A DNA stretch of 46,438 nucleotides from Octopus sinensis. Taxonomy: Eukaryota. The stretch covers positions 1-46,438 of the forward strand of contig NW_021834590.1 in assembly GCF_006345805.1 (NCBI RefSeq), written 5' to 3'. This document shows, in pieces, positions 38,183 to 46,438 of this stretch. The first letter of the stretch is position 1, and each line of letters begins with the position of its first letter. The notes beneath the pieces are model-generated. The model did not search any database. It was not told the DNA's origin and saw only the letters and a program-made list of their open reading frames with translations. The translations under genes were made by a program, and so were the position numbers.

Positions 38183-38687
38183 TGTATATGTATATGTATA
38201 TATATATATAAATCGAATCGAAAAGATAGTAGGAGAACATGTTTACATTTATTAGAATTAACTGCCTTAAAAGATTTAGGATAACTAGATTAATTGTAAA
38301 GCAGCAGTTAATTTAAAATATACGAAATAATTTGATAAATGGAACAAGTATCTTTGCTTTTGTTAAGTAACTTAATATTTATAACGGGTAATATATTTTA
38401 AATGGAAGGATATGTACGCAAACATTGCATTTAATGGCATTCAATCTTGTGGGGGAGTGGAAGTGTGGAGATAACAGGTGGAGGTTAATTGCGGAATATT
38501 GATTTTGGAGAGCTGATAATTTATAATGATTTGGAAAGGTTGCGTGCACAGACAGACGCACTCACACACATACCCCTCCCTCAGACATACTTAGAAACAC
38601 GCACACATATGTTTATCTATCTATTTATCTATCTATCTATGTATTTATCTATCTATGTATCTATCTGTCTATCTTTCCTTCTTTCTT

Positions 38688-38742
<55 letters not shown>

Positions 38743-39417
38743 GTGTATCTCTGCCTCTTTGCATGCGTACATACATAAATACATACACACACAGATATAC
38801 AAACACGCACATACACACACATATAGTTACATAAATATATATAGATTTATACATAGATATATATACACATATATACGTATATACACATATCTATCTACAA
38901 ATCTATATGTATATAGTTACGTATGCATGTATGTCTATGTGTGGCGAGCATGTGTGTGTATGTGTGTGTCTATATGTGTGTGTATATGTGTGTGTATATG
39001 TGTGTATATGTGTGTGTGTATAATGACAATTTTCAAAATCCCCAAGGTAGAGTCGGGGTAGAACACCTGCGCTCTAACAATGTGTACAGATACACACGTG
39101 TATACTAGACTAAGTACGGAATTTTTCCTCCATTTACGTTTACATTCACAAGTATGGATCAAATATACAACGTATACACAAAAGCACACCGGAATACACT
39201 CTGGCACGCTTTCCACGGTCCATTGTAACCTCAAGATCCAGTGCAGGGAAGGTCCTGTGTGTAATGAAGTATAAACAATAAAACAGATGGAGGTTCCCTA
39301 CAGCCGTTTCAAGCACGTTATTTATTGATGAACAAAACTATTACGTCATGTAAAAAATGCTTTCTTCATGTGAAGTAAGAGTAAAATTTAACATTTAGCA
39401 GCTCTCGGGCAATTCAA

Positions 39418-39731
39418 ACCCAGGACTTATTCTTCATAAGCCTTGTACTTATTCTATCGGTCTCTCATGCCGAACCGCTAGGTGACGGGGACGGAAACAC
39501 ACCAGCATCGATTGTCAAGCGATGTTGGGGGAACAAACACAGACACATAAACATATATATATATATGCGACGGGCTTCTTTCAGTTTCCGTCTACCAAAT
39601 CCACTCACAAGGCTTTGGTCGACCCGAGGCTATAGTAGAAGACACTTGCCCAGGCTGTCACGCAGTAGGACTGAAACCGGAACCATGTGGTTGGTAAGCA
39701 AGCTACTTACCACACAGCCACTCCTGCGCCT
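39418..39731 (-). mobile_element. SINE family C, 3'-truncated
   Basis: Reverse complement matches family C. Confidence 0.85.
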
Positions 39732-39734
39732 ACA

Positions 39735-40115
39735 TATGGAAAGTAATGGAGGGTCTGGCTCCCCATTTCGGGATTGAAATCCCCGAAACAACCCCCGAAA
39801 AAGACGGCACTATACAGTACCAAATGTCTCATTTTCTCCATCGAGAATCCGAACCCAATATTGTAATAGCTCGGGATTCAAGGACAACAGATTTTTATTG
39901 CCCTATCACAGAACATCAGGGATCTACGAGGTGTATCCATGGAAGTCTTCGAAACGCGTCTTGACATTTTTAATCTGCAATACCGGATGATCCCACATCG
40001 CGGTAGAAGGCACAACGAAGAGCGGTTATGTCCGGGTCGCTACTTTACCAGAAGCGATGCTGAACAATTTCCCGGATGCAAGAAAGGTGGTGCACCAACA
40101 TAGACTCGCAAACGA
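39735..40115 (+). mobile_element. CR1-group LINE 3' fragment
   Basis: WKVMEGLAPHFGIE / GIQGQQIFIALSQNIRDLRGVSMEVFETRLDIF..IPDDP; UTR shares GGTGGTGC with the other CR1-type ends. Confidence 0.65.
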
Positions 40116-41390
40116 TAAAAGATAAACCAGTAAAATATATAAGATAAAAGATATATATATATTATATAATACATAACATATATACACACATACATAATAC
40201 ATACATACATATATATATATATACACACATAATATATATATATATATATATATAAATATGCCTATATATATGTATATATATGCTATAATATATATATATA
40301 TCTATATATAATATATATATATATCGATATAATACTACGCTGTGTGCGTGTAAGTGTATTATTCGGCAATAAATTCTTAGAGAGAATACCTCGAGTACGT
40401 GTGTGCTGGATACTCAGTACTCATGTACAACCATGTCTTGCAAAACCTTCGATTAACTTAGATTAACGATGATGACAACGGATTACGCTTCTGTATTCTG
40501 GTGTTTGGAATCTAAGTAGAATAATCAAAGAAATGGCTCTAATAATACCAGCCAATGTTGAGTGTAGTTAAAAGAGAAACACGTCTTTGAGGACAGTTGA
40601 TGAATGTAAAGTCAATTGATGACACATTTTTATGTAGCTAAATCATTTCAGCTAAGCTAATCCAATTCAGTTCGTAAGATTTGTAGATGATTTCTAAGCT
40701 AAATATGCGAGATTTTTCTGTACGTTATAAAGAAATTGTGGAGAAAAGAATACATCGGAAATATAATAAATTGTACATCATGAGAGTATTGTAGTTCGCT
40801 TGAAGCATTGTGTATTGTTTGTAAAGAATAAAATGTGTCGAATGGTACAACAATGCACTATAATACAAACAATGAGCTATATACCTGTTGTAATTTAAGC
40901 ATCCAAAGTCTGATAATATTTAGGAATAAACTTCCTTCCTCAGATATCCCTAGGAGCTGATGGAGTCGCTGCTATAGTCGGTTTTCTAACGGCTTTAGTA
41001 CATTATAATAAGGCAAATTTAGTGTGAATTAGAATATACGTTCGATAAAACACTAGATTGCAAAGTTTGGATGTGTAATCTGTTTAGTTACCAAAAGACT
41101 GAAGAATTATCTTTTATGAAGTTAACTACGGTAAAACACATTTAATGAAATTTGATAATTTGGTTTAAAACTAAATTTGAAGTTGTTTGTCCAATAGTTA
41201 TTTAATTATATTATATAATTGATGGTGGGTCATTAATTCAATCTAAAGTAACGGAATTAAATATATCTATAAAATCTTGTAGCCTTTTTAGATTCAAAGT
41301 TCTGTGTTTATCAGTTTCTGTTGTGTATTGTCTATTATGAATGATCGTGATTTCATGATTAAAAGATAAAATGGTTACTATATTGGAAAT

Positions 41391-41695
41391 GTGGAGGCGC
41401 AATGGCCCAGTGTTTAGAGCAGCGAACTCGCGGTCGGAGGATCACGGTTTCGATTCCCAGACCGGGCGTTGTGTGTGTTTATTGAGCGAAAACATCTAAA
41501 AGCTCCACGAGGCTCCGGCAGGGGGTGGTGATCCCTGCTGTACTCTTTCACCAATCTTTCTCCCACTTTCTTCTGTTGGCCTGCTCGCTTAGCCAGCGGG
41601 GTGGAGTCGTACGAAAGCTAAAACAATGCGAACGCATTGTGACCAGCGATGTGTAGCAACATCTGATGGTCTGGTCAGTCACGTGATCACGTGAT
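41391..41695 (+). mobile_element. SINE family B, tail type 3, 11-bp TSD
   Basis: ATATTGGAAAT at 41380-41390 and 41694-41704; ends (CACGTGAT)2. Confidence 0.95.
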
Positions 41696-41868
41696 ATTGG
41701 AAATACATTGTTGCTTATAGTGAAAATGAAATTTATGTTGATTTTGTCTGAGAAAAGGTGTGAAAACTCTGGGATATGATGCTTAGTGGGGGGGGTGGTG
41801 TAATTTTCAAGAGATAAGAGTAACTTGAAATTATTACACATTTTGATCTTTAAATTGTTACATTTAAC

Positions 41869-42292
41869 AGGCGCAGGAGTGGCTGTGTGGTAAGTAGCTT
41901 GCTAACCAACCACATGGTTCCGGGTTCAAGTCCCACTGCGTGGTATCTTGGGCAAGTGTCTTCTGCTATAGCCCCGAGCCGACCAATGCCTTGTGAGTGG
42001 ATTTGGTAGACGGAAACTGAAAGAAGCCTGTCGTATTATATGTATAATATATATATATTGTATGTGTGTGTTTGTGTGTCTGTGTTTGTCCCCCTAGCAT
42101 TGCTTGACAACCGATTCTGGTGTGTTTACGTCCCCGTCACTTAGCGGTTCGGCAAAAGAGACCGATAGAATAAGTACTGGGCTTACAAAGAATAAGTCCC
42201 GGGGTCGATTTGCTCGACTAAAGGCGGTGCTCCAGCATGGCCGCAGTCAAAATGACTGAAACAAGTAAAAGAGTAACGAGTAAAAGAGTAAC
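41869..42292 (+). mobile_element. SINE family C, full length
   Basis: Matches family C. Confidence 0.9.
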
Positions 42293-42387
42293 TGTCTTGC
42301 CTATCCTCTCTTATAGTAACGAATGTTGGTTAATGATCGAAAGAGTTCGATCATGAATACAAGCAATAGAAATTGGGTTCATCGAGC

Positions 42388-42803
42388 TGGCGGCGAGCTG
42401 GAAGAAACGTTAGCGCGCCGGGCGAAATGCGTAACCGTATTTCGTCTGCCGTTACGTTCTGAGTTCAAATTCCGCCGAGGTCGACTTTGCCTTTCATCCT
42501 TTCGGGGTCGATAAATTAAGTACCAGTTACGCACTGGGGTCGATATAATCGACTTACTCCGTTTGTCTGTCCTTGTTTATCCCCTCTGTGTTTAGCCCCT
42601 TGTGGGTAGTAAAGAAATAGGTATTTCGTCTGCTGTTGTGTTCTGAGTTCAAATTCCGCCGAAGTCAGCTTTGCCTTTCATCCTTTCGGGGTCGATAAAT
42701 TAAGTACCAGTTGCACACTGGTGTCGGTGTAATCGACATAATCTTTTTGTCTGTCCTTGTTTGTCCCCTCTATGTTTAGCCCCTTGTGGGTAATAAAGAA
42801 ATA
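42388..42803 (+). mobile_element. SINE family A, full unit plus second 5'-truncated unit
   Basis: Junction AAAGAAATA|GGTATTTCGTCTG at 42619/42620. Confidence 0.9.
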
Positions 42804-42849
42804 AGAAATCGGGTTCGTCTAAAGTATACCTGGAGTTTCGTTATTCGAC

Positions 42850-43085
42850 CGGTGCCTAATCAATGATTAGAATGTCGCAGAGAAGAAGATGAAGATCGAC
42901 CCTCTAAGATGAGCCAATCTAAAGGAAACCTAAGCGTAGAACTGAAATGAAATGGTTGGAAAATATCCCGTCTCAATTGACCACGCTTCGGAACCCAGCA
43001 GGATATTTTAATGACGGTTGCTTCTGATAGGACCTTATGGAGGAGGTGCTTGAGGAGTCTATCCACACGATCATTCAAGGAATAG
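42850..43085 (+). mobile_element. RTE-clade LINE 3' fragment, old
   Basis: IRMSQRR..EPI*RKPKRRTEMKWLENI / VASDRTLWRRCL. Confidence 0.55.
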
Positions 43086-44398
43086 GTAAGAGGAGAATAG
43101 TGAGAAGGATGGGTGGAAATATACAAACAAAAAAATAGTATTATTTTGAATGATCTAAAGATGATATGGCTGCAAGATGAGATAATTTTGTCGGCTAAAC
43201 TGTCGGCTATATAACTGGATATTTGAGAGTTTGAGATTCACAGATGTAATGGTATACACAAAAAATAACAGGAATAATCATTCGACTGATTCATAAATAT
43301 TTACCTACTAACAGACTACAACGCTGGTCTGTCTCCTACTCTATCGGTACCACACCGGTTTCAGTCCATTAAAAATACTTAGAAGCAGATGATATCCAGT
43401 TAGATTTGAGTACAATTACAAGGGTGATGAGTGACTACAGACAGTGATCTCCGCACTTCGTAAGGCAATGGAGACCTTTTTGCTGTTCTTTAGTTCCCAC
43501 GTCAGTTTTGATAAAGTGAACAATCGATAAAAAGCGTTCCAGCCATGACCAGGCTGTTTACATTTAGACGTTATGCATCTAACACCACTTTGTACAACGT
43601 GATCCTTTTTCTTGAAAAATAAGGTGTGATTTGAGAAGTATTGATTTCTTATTTGAAGCTCGTCAAAGAACGCGTAAAAGATACACCATCGGTTTCAGAG
43701 GGAAATTTGATTGTTACCGTTTGTTGTTATGCTTTTTGTTGTTGTTATCTTATGGCCCCAAGTCAACTTTGATTGAGCAGATCTATTTTCAAAAGCGTTC
43801 CGAAAGATTGACGTTTACAGGCAAGTATATATTAGCAGGTCGGTTCAATTTTGTCGCAGACCTGATAAACAAGAGCGTGTGAAATTGGCATATGTAGATA
43901 TAGATCAAAAGAAACCATTCGTTTGTTTCCAAATTATGTAATATTATATATAGATGTGTCAATATAATATGTGTGCAACAGATTGCTTTGGGGGCCATTA
44001 ATCAAAACTACAGATCAAATGATAAAAAAAAATAAGCAAACGCAGAGGGAAAAAAAATAGAAAAATAAACGATGTGATGTGTATATAGATTTAAAATCAC
44101 AAATGATGAATAATGTTAACGTTTTGAAAAGAGTTTAAAGCGTGAAAAAACCTTTTTATCACTGTCACATATGCACACACGCACACACACACATACATAC
44201 ACACTCAAACATATGTATATATAAATCTATACCTACATACTTGTATATATATATATATATATATATATATGCATACATACGTATATACATACATATATAT
44301 ATATATAACATATATATGTCTTTGTGTGTGTCTGTATATTCACACATATATATGCATACATATGTATATCTATGTGTCTATCTATCTAACTATCTATA

Positions 44399-44457
<59 letters not shown>

Positions 44458-44470
44458 GTATCTATCTATC

Positions 44471-44516
<46 letters not shown>

Positions 44517-44931
44517 TTATCTATCTGTCTATCTATCTATACATATGTACCATCAACCACATACGTATATAATATATATATATATATTTTATGTTATATA
44601 TATTCTTGACAAAATCTGTGACATATACCGGTAGGTATGAGCATACAAGGCCGCACACACACAAACACACACATGTCCAAGAATATATACATACATAATA
44701 CTTCTCTGTGCGTCATCATTGCTCTCCTTACTGAAACCGCCACCTCTCCATCTCCCGTTTTCTCTCTTTTATTCCTATAACAGTTTGATTGATAACTTCA
44801 TCGATTAAACTATGAGCAAAGCGTTGTCGCAATTTGTCTTCATACCTACGTTCCACAATACTTGTGGATGGTGAATACAAAACACATGACATGAGCCAGG
44901 TGTTGGCAATTATATACCTCTCTATATACGA

Positions 44932-44972
<41 letters not shown>

Positions 44973-44990
44973 CACTCGCTCCCTCTATCT

Positions 44991-45052
<62 letters not shown>

Positions 45053-45096
45053 GTATGCATGTATATATACGTCTATATATATGTATATATATATAT

Positions 45097-45527
45097 GGAA
45101 AAAAATCATGGTACGAAATGCTAAAATAATTTTGTAAAAAACATTTCAGTACCGGTTTCAATCATTGAGACTTTTCCAACTCTAAGTATGGAAAACAACT
45201 AAATTTTGGAAAAATTAAAAGAAATGTTTTTTAAAAGAATATTTGCATAGCATTCAAATACAAGGGGCATTGTCCCTGTTTCTGCCTGTCTCCGTCTTTC
45301 TTAACCCACAAGAGTAAACAAGAGAGACAAAGACAGGCAGAAATAAGGAAAATGCAACTTGTATTTGAACATTATGCAAATATTCTTTTAAAAAAATTTC
45401 ATTTAATTTTTCCAAAATTTAATTTGTTTTCCATACTTAGAGTTGGAAAAGTCTCAATGACTGAAACCGATACTGAAATGTTTTTTATAAAATTATTTTA
45501 CCATTTTCTACCTTGACTTGATTTTCC
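45097..45527. mobile_element. Foldback MITE, ~205-bp arms, TA flanks
   Basis: 45097-~45302 is the imperfect reverse complement of ~45321-45527; ATATAT on both sides. Confidence 0.85.
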
Positions 45528-45639
45528 ATATATATCAACTCATGTGTTCCTTTTCAACCTTCTACCTATATATATATATATAAATTGTGTGTTTGTGAAT
45601 ATACGTCAAGTAATTTTGTAAATTATTACTACATTTATA

Positions 45640-45663
45640 TGTGCTGCTGCTGCTGCTACTACT

Positions 45664-45705
<42 letters not shown>

Positions 45706-45718
45706 TGCTACTGCTACA

Positions 45719-45782
<64 letters not shown>

Positions 45783-45845
45783 ACAATAATAATAATAATA
45801 ATAATAGTAATAATAATGGTGATAATACTACTACTAATAATAATC
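45640..45845. repeat. (TGC)/(TAC)n/(TAA)n microsatellite
   Basis: Seen directly; explains poly-L/T/S ORFs. Confidence 0.95.
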
Positions 45846-45869
45846 CTTTCTACTAACGATACAAGACCT

Positions 45870-46078
45870 GAAATTTGTTCAACTGTTAGTATTTTATCGA
45901 CCCCGAAAGGATGAAAGGCAAAGTTGTCCTCGGCGGAAATAATTGTTTGAGATAATGGTTTAAAATTTTGGAAGAACGCCATCACTTTGTGGAAGAAGGG
46001 TTAGTCGATTACATCGACTCCTGGGTTTAGCTGGTACCTATTTTATCACCCCGAAAGGACGAAAGGCAAAGTTTTTGT
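45870..46078 (-). mobile_element. Two SINE family A fragments
   Basis: ATCGACCCCGAAAGGATGAAAGGCAAAGTT twice. Confidence 0.7.
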
Positions 46079-46438
46079 TGGTGTCTTATCATCTAGTACA
46101 CAATATTGCACCCAGGCGGGCAAACCACTGTTTGGCTATTTGTGTAGCAAAATATTGGTTTCATCGCTCCTGAATGGGAGTTGGAGCGCGTTGTCTCCCT
46201 CATCTATGACTTTCAGGTGTTTCAACACCCAGTACAATGAGGGAGCTGTTCTTCAAGCGCTTCTCCGCAGCGAACTGGTGAAAAAGCCAGACACGTATAA
46301 ATAGTATGTGTGGTCGATAATGTTTACAACACAAGCGCTCCTTCTAATTAATAATTGAATATTTATATATATGTGTATATGTACATGCATATATACATAA
46401 TACATACATAATATATAGCTATATATATATATATAATA

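Noticed and set aside
44784-44870. Exon-like segment (pyrimidine tract + CAG acceptor, GTGAAT donor, 87 bp)
   Set aside because: Stops in all three frames and weak donor; cannot be supported without RNA data

Overview
Repeat-saturated, AT-rich eukaryotic non-coding DNA, most likely from an octopus. That assignment is inferred from the tRNA-derived SINE families and the extreme (TA)n/(ATAC)n/(ATAG)n/(CA)n load, not from a database match. I found no host protein-coding gene; nearly all listed ORFs are microsatellite artefacts. The only coding remnants are decayed transposons: a Tc1 N-terminus (1345-1980), an internally deleted mariner (21780-23012), RTE- and CR1-group LINE fragments, and a 5'-truncated Penelope-like element (PLE, 14501-18092) with RT-thumb/GIY-YIG remnants and ~417-bp inverted pseudo-LTRs. 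The strongest signal is a set of nine type-I hammerhead ribozyme (HHR) motifs. They fall into several unrelated sequence families of short non-coding elements, most of them inserted in (TA)n tracts. They include a tandem 241-nt retrozyme-like dimer (2060-2507), a diverged relative with compensatory stem changes (8975-9020), a long-helix-II HHR in both PLE pLTRs, and miniature elements with the same inverted-3'-end architecture as the PLE. HHRs in PLEs and retrozymes are established biology in general. Whether these particular families are undescribed needs a database search I could not run. All folds and alignments were done by eye, and boundaries of old repeats are approximate.
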